From Enterococcus phage vB_OCPT_CCS1, in sequence record ON113170.1: a stretch of DNA of 64,000 bases. One strand, given 5' to 3'. The notes under the pieces were generated by a model. It made no database searches, had not been told where the DNA came from, and saw nothing but the letters and a program-made list of their open reading frames with translations. Made by a program: the position numbers and the translations under genes. Each line of letters starts with the position of its first letter. Within the stretch, counting starts at the first letter, position 1. Shown piece after piece: positions 45,733 to 57,178 of the stretch.

Positions 45733-48700
45733 TTGGCAGGAGGACGTAGATTTCAGGCAGGGTTAGGTTCCGAACATAAAAGATTATACAAAGAAGGACA
45801 ACAAATTAATACTTTGTTGCTAGCCCAAGTTATCCAAGTTAATTATAAATATAATACAGTTGATTTATTAGCATTACAGCATAAAGAAGTTTTCCAAAAC
45901 TCATATGCCAATGAAGGTAGATTCTCTGCTCGTTTACCAATGGAGTTTGGTGGACGAAACCTTGCAGGACAACCATATGGTCAAGTAAACCCCATTGCCG
46001 TTGGTACTGTTGTCCTAGTAGGTTTTATTAACTCTGATAAAGATATGCCGATTGTTATTAGTGTATACAATAACAACGATGTAAATAAACAATTATCTCG
46101 TACACGTTTTGCTAATGCAGAGCCTACAGATATGGCTTTAGCAGGACAAATGTACCAAAAATTTAGTTTGTACCCATCACTGACTTACGATAGCATTGAT
46201 GGAGATGGTAACCGAATAGTTACATTCTCAGGTAAATCCTTTATCGCATTTGATACAAAAGACATGCAAAACTCTCCAATGACGGATGCTAGCTACGGTT
46301 CTCGTTATGAAGACCTAGGAACATCTTATTACAATGACGGGGAACTAATTGAACCGATGAAAGGTCGAGCACCTAATGTGTTATTCAAACACCAAGGTAT
46401 TCTTGACGATGACAATAAACCTGACACACATAACTTCATGATTCACATTAACCCAGATGGAACATACCGTACATCTATGATGGATACGGAACAAGACTGG
46501 CGGACAATGTTTGAAATGACACCAGAAGGTAAAATACGTTTACGTAGACAGGGAGATACTGTACGCTTAAACGATGGTTTTGAGATTGGTGAGCTAGGTA
46601 TTAATGAAGAAGGTATCGTTTACCTACGTAATGGGGATATGGACTTAGAAGTTCGTGAAGACGGTATCTATTCCCAAGGTAAACTAATTACAGAAAGTAT
46701 CAATCTTGATGATATTTATGAAAAGTTAGCTAATGTTACTTTTGAAATTAATAAGACAAATGAGTCCTTGCAAATTTTAGCTGGTAAATCAGAAGTCCAA
46801 GACGGTAAAATTGTAAATCTAGAAACAGAAATTACAATTGTAGCCGGTAAAGTAGAGTCTAAAGTAAGTGCAACAGAAGTACAAGACATGATTGACAGTT
46901 CTATCGTAGACATGGCAGAGGCTATTAAACAAGCCCAAGAAGATGCAGACAGAGCAAATCAAATTATTTCTGATATGGCTAGTGATAACCGTTTGACTCC
47001 TAGTGAGAAGCTAGACTTACTAAAAGAGTGGGACATTGTTAAAAATGAATACCCAACTTATTTAGCACAAGCTGAATTATACGAAGTAGACAGCACGACA
47101 TATACTGCTAAGTACAAAGCTTTAGAAACATTTGTTACTCCTTTATTGGAAGACATGGAAGCTACTAGTGTAGTAGACGGCTCTATTATGCGTAAAACAT
47201 TTAGCGCATATTACACAGAACGAATCAATTTACTAAATGCAATCACTAAAGGGTTAAAAGACGGTTTAGAAGAGGCAATGAAGAAAGCTTCTCAGGCTTC
47301 TGTAGATGCTACACAAGCTTTAGCTGATTCTGCACAGGCACAAATTGATGCAAACAATGCAAAGCAATTGATTGCAGATATTGCTAGTGACGGTAAGCTG
47401 ACTGCTTCTGAAAAGTACCAATTGAAAAAAGAATGGGATGTTATTGTTAAGGAGTATCCTACAACAATTGCCCAAGCAACAAAATACAAAGTAAATACAG
47501 ATAACTATACTGCTAAGTATAAAGCTTTAGAAACATTTGTTACTCCTTTGTTTGCGAACATGAATGAAACAAGCGTAGTTAACGGGGAACAACTACGTGC
47601 AGTATTTTCTGATTACTATGCTGTAAAGATTACTTTATTAAAAGAAATCACAGATATTGCTCGTGATGAACTGACTGATTATGGTAACCGTATTACTGTA
47701 GCAGAAACAAAAATCACACAAACATCCGAAGCTATCACGTTAATGGCTTCCCGAGTGGAAACTGTTGAAAATGATGTTAGAACAAACACAGCGCAATTGA
47801 AAGTACAAGCAGACCTAATTAGTCAGAAAGTAACTGCTAGTGAAGTAAAAGATGCTATTGATAATGCAATTGATAACATGTCTATTGGTGGTTCTAACTT
47901 ATTTGTAATCAATACTCAAACAGCAGGACTACTAAATGAAAATAATGGTACTGTAGGAACAGCCGTAGATAAATCTGTAGTATCTAACTATATCAAGGTA
48001 ACAGCTAGAATGCCTTATGTAGCTTCTTTATATGGAAACACAGGGACAAACAGTATCATCATTGCATGGTATGACACAAGCAAAACGTTTATCTCTGGTC
48101 AAGCTGTAGCTGATTCCGGAGATTTCCATAAAACGTATGTTGCACCAGAAAATGCAGTATACGCTCGTTTAAGCTATAAGAAATCTGATACTGTTAAGAT
48201 GAAATTCGAAGTAGGTACAAAACCAACTGATTACAGCCCTGCATGGGATGATATTAAGGGTGACCAAACTGCTTTAGAGGAATACATCAAACAAGTAGAA
48301 GAACAAGCTAAGCAAGCACAGCAAGAAGCGGAAAATGCTAAGAATGAGGCTGAGAATGCAAATAGTGCAATTGCTGACATGTCTAACGACAACATGTTAA
48401 CAGCAAATGAGAAACAACAAATATTACTGCAATGGGAAGAAATTAAGACGGAGTACCCAATTAATTTAGACCAAGCAACTAAATTTGGAGTTTCTGCTAC
48501 GCAATATACAACAGCGTATAATGCACTAAAAACATACTTAGACCCATTGTTGGCAGACATGACAACAACTTCTGTAATTATTGGCTCTACTATGCGCAGT
48601 ACATTCAATACGTACTATGACCGTAGAACAACATTGCTTAACCGTGTAGCTGAACTAGCTAAACAAGTAGCTGACCAAGCTAAGGATACAGCAGATAAAG

Positions 48701-51700
48701 TAGACGATGACTTAAACAACATTGGTGGATACAACTATATTGGGTTCTCTTCCGGAGACCATATGTATCCTCGTTTAATGATTAAGAATGTTGGTTACTA
48801 TTACATTCCTTCTACAACAAGCGCAGAATTTGTGAGTGACATGGTTTGTCTAAAACCAAAAACAGCAACAGTTACAAGCGTTCAGTATGACGTTGGTAAT
48901 GCCAATGCTAGTGTGGCTGATGTTGGGCTTGCTAACTATCGAATGAAAGAAGTTAAAACAGGTCAATGGCTGACTGCTTCTGCGAATTTAAAAGTTGTAG
49001 GAACAGGTACTGCGTATCTAACGATTTTTACACTTGAAAATGGTTCGTGGAAAGCTTCATATAGTGATAGAGTTAACGCAAGTCAAGGAGTAACTCGTGT
49101 AGTAGCTCAAAGACAAGTAACAGATGCAACCACAGGTATTTTAGTTCGAGTTGATGGTAGTAGCATAACCGAAGTTCATTTTGGAAATATGCAATTAGAA
49201 GTTGGTATTCGCTCTACCCCTTGGAAGAAATCAGACATTGACATTCAAGAAGACATCAATAATGTTGCGGACGATATTAAAGATTATATTGGTGCTCGTT
49301 CTGATAACTTAATCACAAATGGTTTTGGTGAACTAGGGAACAATACGAACATTGGTGGTATCTTTGATGGTGCTGATAGAATTGTAGGTAAAGGTTCCTT
49401 CCGTCAAGAAGAAGCAAATAAATCACTGCTATTTAGTGAACACATTGTTATTGATAATAAAAAAGTCTATAACTTTGACTACTACATGCACACATTAAAA
49501 GGTGTAGGTCGAAGTTTTGCAATGATTTGCCCTTATGACGTAGACGGTGTTCGTATTACTTACCCTTCTCTCGGGGGACGAAACTACAACTCTACTACCC
49601 CTGTTGAATTTACAAAACTGACAAAACCGCTGAAAGTCGGGGATACAGAGGTTTTTGTAGAAGATGTTAGTCTATGGAACGGACAGGCACCGCAAGACTA
49701 CCAACGTAGTATTATCATGTGGGGCTATAAAAACTCGTTCGGCTATACTTATCCCGATGGAACGTATAGTCAGCTAATGCAGATGAGGACATATGATATT
49801 GGTGCAGTTGACACCACAGCTAACAAGATTACGTTAAACAAGCCATGGGCAGTTGCAAATCCAAATAGTTCAGATGGGATTTTCCCAGTAGGGCATACAC
49901 TTAGCCCAACTTCTGACGGCTCCACATATTTGTATTTGAATGGTCACGTAAATATACAAGTACCTACTACGTACACCAAGTACAGCCATTTGATTAGTGG
50001 CTCTTCTGAGTTTGCTAATACAACGATTATCCCAGTAGAAACAGGTTCTATTCAACTTGGATTCTTATTGAACCGTGATACAACAGGTGAAAAATCTTGG
50101 CTAAACGGTTTACGTCTACGTGACTATACAGATACGTATAAACTAAACGATGACGTTAGAGAAACACAAGAAAACGTAGACAAAGCCCAAGCAGATGCTA
50201 ATAAAGCTAATCAGTCAATTGCCGACCTATCTAATGATAATCTAGTTACTCCGAATGAGAAATTAGACTTGAAAAAAGAATGGGAAATCATTGTTGCCGA
50301 AAAACCTAAGAATGATGCTCAGGCAGATAAGTTCGGGGTAAGCAAAGTAGCTTATGGTACTGCGTATACAGCTTTAAGTAACTACATCACACCTATCTTA
50401 GCAAGCACAACAACGAACTCAGCTATTGTAGGGCAAACTATGCGGGACACGTTTAAAGCATATTACACAGCTCGTACAGACCTTTTAAATGCTGTTGCTA
50501 CAAAAGCGAAAGACTTAGCTGATACAGCGCAGTCTGGGGTAGAACAAGTTAAAGCAAAGGCTGAAAAGGCACAAGCTGATGCTACTAAAGCTCAACAAGA
50601 TGCAAGTAAAGCACAACAAGATGCTACTAAAGCAAATCAGGCTATTACAGACTTATCTAATGATAATCTAGTTACTCCTAATGAAAAGCTAGACTTGAAA
50701 AAAGAATGGGAAATCATTGTAGCTGAAAAACCTATTAACGACACTCAAGCGGATAAATTCGGAGTAAGTAAAACGGACTACGGTACGAAGTACACAGCTT
50801 TAAGTAACTACATTACACCTATCTTGACTGATTTAACAACCAACTCTGCTATTGTAGGTCAGACTATGAGAGATACGTTCAGAGCATACTACACTGCAAG
50901 AACGAATCTACTAAACTCAATCAGTGTAAAAGCTAAGGAACTAGCAGATAAAGCCCAAACAGATGCTAACAATGCACAGAATAGTGCAAATAACGCACAA
51001 AGTTCAGCTAACCAAGCTCAAACGGATGCTACAAATGCACAAAACAGTGCAAACAAAGCTCAAGCAGATGCTACTAAGGCTAACCAATCAATTGCAGACT
51101 TATCTAATGATAATCTAGTTACTCCTAATGAGAAATTGGATTTGAAAAAAGAGTGGGAAATTATTGTAGCTGAAAAACCCAAGAACGATGCTCAAGCAGA
51201 TAAATTTGGTGTAAGTAAAACCACCTATGGTACTGCATATAATGCACTGAACACCTATCTAACTCCAATACTGGCAAATTTAACAACAAATTCTGCGATT
51301 GTTGGACAGACGATGAGGGATACGTTTAAGACGTACTACTCTGCTCGTACTGATTTATTAAATGCTATTGCATCTAAAGCTAAGGATTTAGCTGATAACG
51401 CACAAGATACAGCGGATAACATAGCTGTCGGTACTCGTAACCTTTTAATCGGGACACAGGACTTTTCCAAAGGTAAATATCCGGGGAATACGCATATTAC
51501 AATTACAGATGAAAAACTGTTTGGAAATGCAGTAATGAAAAATGACTTTACTACAGGTACAGGATACTCAGACATGTATCAACTGACTACCTCAATTATT
51601 CCAACAGGTACTCAGTATACGTTATCGTTCTATGCAAAAGCAGATATAGACAAAACAAAAATGTCTTGCTACTTCTACAACCCAAACACTACGGTAAATA

Positions 51701-53643
51701 GTGTAAACAATCAAGGAGGTAGGATTACCTCTAGTGATGGACGTTCTGTATTCGTTTTAAGTACAGAATGGACTAAATACTGGGTAACTTGGACACAGAC
51801 ACAAGCAGATAGACCTAAATCAGTAATTATTGGTCGTAAGACTGGTGGGGAAGAACCTAACTCTGCTTTCTACATGTCTTCTCCAATGCTAGTAGAAGGG
51901 AACAAACCACAAACGTGGATGAAAGCCCCAGAAGACATCGAAACGGCTATAAACGGTAAAGAAGGTGCTTGGGTTTACTCACCAACAGCACCAACAAATC
52001 CGGCTATTGGTTTAGTCTGGGTGGATTCTTCTAAGACTCCAAACCAACCAAAACGTTGGGTAGGAGGAGAAACTGGATGGGTTGCTCTAACCCCAGAAGA
52101 AGTAAAAGACTTGCCTTGGGGTGAAGACGGTTCTAACCTTGCTGACTGGGTGGCACAAGCAGAACAAAAGATTTCTTCTGATGCAATCATTAATACTGTA
52201 TTAGGTTCTGAGGACTTTACAGGTATCTTTGACAAGAAGGCTAACACAGAAGACTTGAACAACCTTGCTTCTTACGATGACTTAGATGCTATGCAAGCTG
52301 AGTATGAACGTTTGCTAAAAGAGGGTATTGCAGGAATTGACTTCTCACCATATGTAACTAATACGGAGTTAGAACAGTTGAAAGATAGCTTCACTTTCTC
52401 TGTTCAACAAGCCGGTGGGGTTAATATGTTGAAGAACTCTCTGGGATTCTCCGGACTAGATTTCTGGGATGATGACAGCGGACGAAATTTCTATCGTAAA
52501 AACAACTCCGTTACAGTTACTAACCCTAATGTTAAATTTGAGAGAACAGCCGACACACCTAATGGGTTCAAATTAACTGGCGCACAAGACCGTAGTGGTA
52601 CTGTTAGAATTAATAACGTCATCAACTCAAATGGTTATTGGACAGTTTCTTTCTGGTTAAGGGGAAGTCAAAGCGGAACTAGTAACTTCCAAATGGATAT
52701 TTGTGATTTGGGAGTTACAAATTTTGCGGTCACGGCTGATAATGACTGGCGAAAGGTATCGTTAACTGTGAATGTTACTAACTATAGTCAATCAACTTAT
52801 CACTTCGTTGATTTTCAAAACATCGCTTGGGCATACTTCTTTATAAAAGACTTCAAAGTTGAGAAGGGAATAACTGCAACTGACTGGACTCCTGCCCCAG
52901 AAGATGCTATTGTGTTTGACCCTATTGTCACCACTACACAGAACGACCAACTAGCTAAACTAGGATTTGGTTCTGGGTTTATGGTAAACCGAGCACAAAA
53001 TGCAATATTACGTCAGACAATCGAATTACCAGAAGCAAAACAAGGATTGCAATATGCCTTGTCCTTCTATATGAACGTAGCTACCTTTGGAGACACTACA
53101 GGTTTACAATGTGGGGCACGTATTTATGAAGAAGGTGTGTTGAAATACACAGTAGGAGTAACAGATGCTACACAAGGCATTCCAAGTGACTATCACTTGT
53201 ATAAACTTGTATTTGAACCGGAATCCCCAAATACTGTCATTGAGCTGTTTGTTATAAATGGGGCACAAGCAACTGTAATCATATCAGGGGTTATGTACAA
53301 CATTGGTAACATTGCGTTGAAATGGCAACCGTACCCAAGTGAAATCTATAATACGAACGTTAAGATTGATATTAACGGTATTACTGTTAAGAATAATCAA
53401 ACAGATGGTTATACAATGATTACTCCGCAAGAGTTTTCAGGTTATGCTAGGGTTAACGGGGAGATGGAACGTATCTTTACGTTAAATGGTCAGGTAACAG
53501 AGGTTAAGATGTTGAAGGCGGAAAAACGTATTACTATGGAACCTATTTCTGTGTTTGCGATGAACTCCAAGGAAACCAACACGATTGGTTGGGCGTTTGT
53601 AGCTTCCGGGGATGTTAGCCATACTACGGTGTCTAACACATAA
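45733..53643 (+). CDS. giant tail/baseplate protein (about 2636 aa) with six tandem roughly 135-aa repeats and CBM-like modules
   Basis: The track ORF starts at 45679 but overlaps the TGTGCTATAATA promoter; in-frame TTG at 45733 with AAAGGATGG RBS proposed as the start. Repeats ADLSNDNLVTPNEKLDLKKEWEIIVAEKP... Confidence 0.65.
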   Translation: MAGGRRFQAGLGSEHKRLYKEGQQINTLLLAQVIQVNYKYNTVDLLALQHKEVFQNSYANEGRFSARLPMEFGGRNLAGQPYGQVNPIAVGTVVLVGFINSDKDMPIVISVYNNNDVNKQLSRTRFANAEPTDMALAGQMYQKFSLYPSLTYDSIDGDGNRIVTFSGKSFIAFDTKDMQNSPMTDASYGSRYEDLGTSYYNDGELIEPMKGRAPNVLFKHQGILDDDNKPDTHNFMIHINPDGTYRTSMMDTEQDWRTMFEMTPEGKIRLRRQGDTVRLNDGFEIGELGINEEGIVYLRNGDMDLEVREDGIYSQGKLITESINLDDIYEKLANVTFEINKTNESLQILAGKSEVQDGKIVNLETEITIVAGKVESKVSATEVQDMIDSSIVDMAEAIKQAQEDADRANQIISDMASDNRLTPSEKLDLLKEWDIVKNEYPTYLAQAELYEVDSTTYTAKYKALETFVTPLLEDMEATSVVDGSIMRKTFSAYYTERINLLNAITKGLKDGLEEAMKKASQASVDATQALADSAQAQIDANNAKQLIADIASDGKLTASEKYQLKKEWDVIVKEYPTTIAQATKYKVNTDNYTAKYKALETFVTPLFANMNETSVVNGEQLRAVFSDYYAVKITLLKEITDIARDELTDYGNRITVAETKITQTSEAITLMASRVETVENDVRTNTAQLKVQADLISQKVTASEVKDAIDNAIDNMSIGGSNLFVINTQTAGLLNENNGTVGTAVDKSVVSNYIKVTARMPYVASLYGNTGTNSIIIAWYDTSKTFISGQAVADSGDFHKTYVAPENAVYARLSYKKSDTVKMKFEVGTKPTDYSPAWDDIKGDQTALEEYIKQVEEQAKQAQQEAENAKNEAENANSAIADMSNDNMLTANEKQQILLQWEEIKTEYPINLDQATKFGVSATQYTTAYNALKTYLDPLLADMTTTSVIIGSTMRSTFNTYYDRRTTLLNRVAELAKQVADQAKDTADKVDDDLNNIGGYNYIGFSSGDHMYPRLMIKNVGYYYIPSTTSAEFVSDMVCLKPKTATVTSVQYDVGNANASVADVGLANYRMKEVKTGQWLTASANLKVVGTGTAYLTIFTLENGSWKASYSDRVNASQGVTRVVAQRQVTDATTGILVRVDGSSITEVHFGNMQLEVGIRSTPWKKSDIDIQEDINNVADDIKDYIGARSDNLITNGFGELGNNTNIGGIFDGADRIVGKGSFRQEEANKSLLFSEHIVIDNKKVYNFDYYMHTLKGVGRSFAMICPYDVDGVRITYPSLGGRNYNSTTPVEFTKLTKPLKVGDTEVFVEDVSLWNGQAPQDYQRSIIMWGYKNSFGYTYPDGTYSQLMQMRTYDIGAVDTTANKITLNKPWAVANPNSSDGIFPVGHTLSPTSDGSTYLYLNGHVNIQVPTTYTKYSHLISGSSEFANTTIIPVETGSIQLGFLLNRDTTGEKSWLNGLRLRDYTDTYKLNDDVRETQENVDKAQADANKANQSIADLSNDNLVTPNEKLDLKKEWEIIVAEKPKNDAQADKFGVSKVAYGTAYTALSNYITPILASTTTNSAIVGQTMRDTFKAYYTARTDLLNAVATKAKDLADTAQSGVEQVKAKAEKAQADATKAQQDASKAQQDATKANQAITDLSNDNLVTPNEKLDLKKEWEIIVAEKPINDTQADKFGVSKTDYGTKYTALSNYITPILTDLTTNSAIVGQTMRDTFRAYYTARTNLLNSISVKAKELADKAQTDANNAQNSANNAQSSANQAQTDATNAQNSANKAQADATKANQSIADLSNDNLVTPNEKLDLKKEWEIIVAEKPKNDAQADKFGVSKTTYGTAYNALNTYLTPILANLTTNSAIVGQTMRDTFKTYYSARTDLLNAIASKAKDLADNAQDTADNIAVGTRNLLIGTQDFSKGKYPGNTHITITDEKLFGNAVMKNDFTTGTGYSDMYQLTTSIIPTGTQYTLSFYAKADIDKTKMSCYFYNPNTTVNSVNNQGGRITSSDGRSVFVLSTEWTKYWVTWTQTQADRPKSVIIGRKTGGEEPNSAFYMSSPMLVEGNKPQTWMKAPEDIETAINGKEGAWVYSPTAPTNPAIGLVWVDSSKTPNQPKRWVGGETGWVALTPEEVKDLPWGEDGSNLADWVAQAEQKISSDAIINTVLGSEDFTGIFDKKANTEDLNNLASYDDLDAMQAEYERLLKEGIAGIDFSPYVTNTELEQLKDSFTFSVQQAGGVNMLKNSLGFSGLDFWDDDSGRNFYRKNNSVTVTNPNVKFERTADTPNGFKLTGAQDRSGTVRINNVINSNGYWTVSFWLRGSQSGTSNFQMDICDLGVTNFAVTADNDWRKVSLTVNVTNYSQSTYHFVDFQNIAWAYFFIKDFKVEKGITATDWTPAPEDAIVFDPIVTTTQNDQLAKLGFGSGFMVNRAQNAILRQTIELPEAKQGLQYALSFYMNVATFGDTTGLQCGARIYEEGVLKYTVGVTDATQGIPSDYHLYKLVFEPESPNTVIELFVINGAQATVIISGVMYNIGNIALKWQPYPSEIYNTNVKIDINGITVKNNQTDGYTMITPQEFSGYARVNGEMERIFTLNGQVTEVKMLKAEKRITMEPISVFAMNSKETNTIGWAFVASGDVSHTTVSNT

Positions 53644-53652
53644 CAAATAGAG

Positions 53653-53680
53653 GGGAGCCTTTCCTGTAAGGCTCTCTTTT
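53653..53680 (+). terminator. terminator after the giant tail gene
   Basis: GGAGCC-TTTCCTGTAA-GGCTCT plus CTTTT. Confidence 0.45.
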
Positions 53681-53689
53681 GTTGTGTTG

Positions 53690-53699
53690 TGCTATAATT
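53690..53699 (+). promoter_or_regulatory. TGCTATAATT motif
   Basis: Recurrent decamer. Confidence 0.35.
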
Positions 53700-53732
53700 A
53701 TATTATGAGAAACAAAATAATGAGGTGAAAAA

Positions 53733-56147
53733 ATGGCTATAAGCGGTAGCAAGTATACAGCTTTTGCAAGACATAGACTTGTATTAGAATGGAGAGCTTC
53801 TCAAAATATTGCAGGTAACTATTCTGATGTAAGTATTTGGTTGTATTTGCAATCTATGGATGCCTATGGTGCAATGTATGCCTCCGCTGTAGGTCAAGCG
53901 CAGGTAACAGCCAATGGGCTAAGACAAACAGAAAATGCGACCTCGCAATTGAACGCATATCAGAAAAAATTATTATTAGCCAAAGTTTGGCGTGTCAACC
54001 ATGATGCAGATGGTAACAAATCATTTACTATTACCGGTAGCTACTTTGTAAACGTAACATTTGCAGGAGTTTATTATGGAACAATTACTATACCTGCATT
54101 TGCGGTCTATTTAGATAGAATCCCACGTAAGAGTTCTTTGAACCCTGTTCCGGATTTGAATATTCCAAACAAACTAAGTGTAAGTATTACTCGACAAAGT
54201 TCTAGTTTTAATCATAACCTAACTGTTTGGGTAGCTAACAGAGCAAGCCCTACTCTAACTAATGATGACCACTGGGTTTACCTAAATAGTATTGAGAATG
54301 TAGGAACAAGTGGTACGTTTACTTTTAGTGTAGCAAACTTTACTGAAATGTTCAAGAGGATGGGTACAAACACCGAATGGGTAGGTAAGGTGAAGCTCTG
54401 GACGAATGGTTTGAATGAGTCTGAGCCAAGCCAACAACGAACCTTCCGAATAAAACCTCCAATGAATGCGCAAGCTTCCGGTGGTAACTTAAAAGTTAAA
54501 GTAGGAGAAAAAATTACAGTTAACCTAAGTAATTTTCAATCTGATGCTAACTTTAAATATACTGGTGTATTCGACTATCGAGGAGTATCCATACCAGTAG
54601 CAACAAATGTACATGCTAATTCTATGACTCTTACATTAACCCAAGCAAACGTGGATTCTATCTTGAAAGAGTCTCCGGATGATGCAGGAACATGGGGGCA
54701 AGTACGAGTAACAAGTTACTATAATGGTGTACAATATCGTACTCCTTGGACTGGACAACATATTGATTGTACCATTCCTAAAGAAGATTATCTACCTGTA
54801 ATCAACGGGACACCGACTTATACTGATTTAAGTGCCGAAGCTACTAACGTTACCGGAAGTAATCAAGTAGCGTTACAAAGTAAGTCTAATATCCGTGTGA
54901 CTATTCCTGCTAACTTTGCCACAGGTCAAGGATTCTCAACGATTAAAACCGTTCAAGCCTCTTTAGGTGGTGCTACCAAGACAGCAAACTATGATGCTTC
55001 TGGATTTAATATTGATATTGGAGCACCAAATGAAGGAACAGCTTCTACATTAGTTGTTACTGTGTTAGATAGTCGTGGATTCAATACTTCATGGACAAAA
55101 ACAGTTCAAGTATATCCGTATACAAATCCGGATGTTGCTTACACGATTGCTCGTAGAAACAACTTTGAAGTAGACACGGAGTTAACAGTTTCAAGTAGTT
55201 GGGCACCCGTTACTATTAGTGGGGTAAACAAAAACGCAATTACTGCTGTAACTTACGCAACAAAACGAGCAGGTACTGATACTTGGGGTTCAGAAACACC
55301 CGTTACTTTTAGTACTGATGGTACAAAAGTTATTGTTCCTACCACTGTTGTTCAGATACCTAACGAATATAGTTGGAATTTCCGTCTAACTATTAAGGAT
55401 AAATTTGGTAGTTTTTCTAGGGAAGCAAATATTCCTGCCGGAAAGCCTATCATGTTCATTGATGCGGTTCGTGAATCTGTAGGTTTTGGTAATTTAACCG
55501 GTACAGGAGAAAGCCGTAATCTTAATGGTGTTATTGAGATTGAACCTGATAGATACCACAGCACAGGTAAAACTGGTATTCAGATGAATAATAGTGATAT
55601 TTCTGGTCTGAATGGTCTATTCTTCTCTAATGACGTAATGGATAATGACGGGGAAGGTCTTCACTTTATTAAGTCAGGTAAAAATATTAACTCCCCTAAT
55701 CAAAGTCAAGATTACGATCGTATGTACATGAGAGATAACGGATTCTATGTTAACCATGATGGCACTCCAATATTTAAAGTTACTGATAATGGTCGTATGT
55801 ACTATCCGGCTAACATGCTATGGTCAGGTGGTTGGTATATGTCAGCCAGTCAAGTTATAACACCATCTAAGCCTTTGTCTGAATGTAGAAATGGTTGGGT
55901 GCTTATGTGGGTTAAATACATGAATGGTGCTTCTTCATGGAACGACATGATTCAAACTTACATTGGAAAAGATATGGTAACTACTGCATCTACTTCGGGC
56001 GTTCGATTGTTGTTCGGTGGATATGGTGACGTTGTTGCTCATAAATATCTCTATGTTACTGATACGCAAATAAAAGGTAATGACAACAATTTTAAAGGTG
56101 AAAACTACGCTAACCGAGCGGTACTAGTAAGGGTACACGAATTTTAA
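53733..56147 (+). CDS. tail fibre/baseplate protein (804 aa)
   Basis: Position; Ser/Thr/Asn-rich beta-type composition. Confidence 0.55.
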   Translation: MAISGSKYTAFARHRLVLEWRASQNIAGNYSDVSIWLYLQSMDAYGAMYASAVGQAQVTANGLRQTENATSQLNAYQKKLLLAKVWRVNHDADGNKSFTITGSYFVNVTFAGVYYGTITIPAFAVYLDRIPRKSSLNPVPDLNIPNKLSVSITRQSSSFNHNLTVWVANRASPTLTNDDHWVYLNSIENVGTSGTFTFSVANFTEMFKRMGTNTEWVGKVKLWTNGLNESEPSQQRTFRIKPPMNAQASGGNLKVKVGEKITVNLSNFQSDANFKYTGVFDYRGVSIPVATNVHANSMTLTLTQANVDSILKESPDDAGTWGQVRVTSYYNGVQYRTPWTGQHIDCTIPKEDYLPVINGTPTYTDLSAEATNVTGSNQVALQSKSNIRVTIPANFATGQGFSTIKTVQASLGGATKTANYDASGFNIDIGAPNEGTASTLVVTVLDSRGFNTSWTKTVQVYPYTNPDVAYTIARRNNFEVDTELTVSSSWAPVTISGVNKNAITAVTYATKRAGTDTWGSETPVTFSTDGTKVIVPTTVVQIPNEYSWNFRLTIKDKFGSFSREANIPAGKPIMFIDAVRESVGFGNLTGTGESRNLNGVIEIEPDRYHSTGKTGIQMNNSDISGLNGLFFSNDVMDNDGEGLHFIKSGKNINSPNQSQDYDRMYMRDNGFYVNHDGTPIFKVTDNGRMYYPANMLWSGGWYMSASQVITPSKPLSECRNGWVLMWVKYMNGASSWNDMIQTYIGKDMVTTASTSGVRLLFGGYGDVVAHKYLYVTDTQIKGNDNNFKGENYANRAVLVRVHEF

Positions 56148-56161
56148 GAGGAGGTGCACAT

Positions 56162-56890
56162 GTGGTTATCTATGTTGAATTAGACGAAAACAACGTAGTT
56201 CTTGGGTGGAGTAGCAGTTACTCCGAAGGTTTAACGGAAGTAGAAATACCGGAAGACCACCCAATCATTGTTTTAAATGACTTCTTCGGAAACTACGTAT
56301 TTAAAGATGGTAAACTAATAAAAGACCCCTCCAAAGAACTAGCTAACTTAAAAGAATACGTTAAAGATACTTTAGCGGATTCTTGCTACCAAGAGACGTT
56401 AAAAGGTTTTGACTACCCATTTTCTGATAGTGAAACCTATCATGTCTCCTACTCTAAAAATAAACAACAATACTTCGAAGAGATTAAGTCGCTCTTCGAA
56501 CGTAAAGTTGTTACGCATATTAACTGGGAGTTTATTAATGCTGATGGGGGAACTATCTTAAAAGAATTAGATGAAATAAGTTTCTTAACGCTTTATACTT
56601 TTGCTAGTTTAGTAAAAACAGCTAAAATGAGCAAACTAAAAGAAAAGCTGTACCCATTAGTAGACAGTCAAACTGATAAGGACGAGCTACTTAAAATTAC
56701 GTGGGATTCTATTCCTGATGAACCGTTACCAGAAAAACCTGTAATTGATTTAGATGGAGACGGAGAAATCAGCCAAGAAGAGTTTGATGCACTGGCTAAA
56801 GAAAACAAAGAGTTAAAACAAAAAGTAGAATTAAATGAGTTAGCTCTAATGGATGCAATCAATATGCTGTCAAGCATGATTACAGGTTAA
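56162..56890 (+). CDS. hypothetical protein, possible fibre assembly/chaperone (242 aa)
   Basis: C-terminal coiled coil. Confidence 0.45.
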   Translation: MVIYVELDENNVVLGWSSSYSEGLTEVEIPEDHPIIVLNDFFGNYVFKDGKLIKDPSKELANLKEYVKDTLADSCYQETLKGFDYPFSDSETYHVSYSKNKQQYFEEIKSLFERKVVTHINWEFINADGGTILKELDEISFLTLYTFASLVKTAKMSKLKEKLYPLVDSQTDKDELLKITWDSIPDEPLPEKPVIDLDGDGEISQEEFDALAKENKELKQKVELNELALMDAINMLSSMITG

Positions 56891-56910
56891 CTTTAAAGGA
56901 GGTGATAACT

Positions 56911-57057
56911 GTGTATCCACATCTATCAATGCTATATGCAACGTATGTCATGAAAGACCCAACGGTATGGACAATGGACAAAGTTCCTGCTATGATTCGA
57001 GACGATGTACAAAGAATTGTAGACGAAATGGCAAAAAAAGAACAAACACCCGAGTAG
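56911..57057 (+). CDS. small protein (48 aa, GTG start)
   Basis: Not in the ORF track; AAAGGAGGTG RBS 7 nt upstream. Confidence 0.35.
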   Translation: MYPHLSMLYATYVMKDPTVWTMDKVPAMIRDDVQRIVDEMAKKEQTPE

Positions 57058-57178
57058 TCTTTCTAACACTGGGGATTTCCATTGGCTTAGTCGCAGGACT
57101 AGCTATTGGGTTCTTCCTATAATGCTCGGGGAGAGGAAGAGGGTGGCTTAGGCTGTCCTCTTTTTTCTTAGTTAATTG

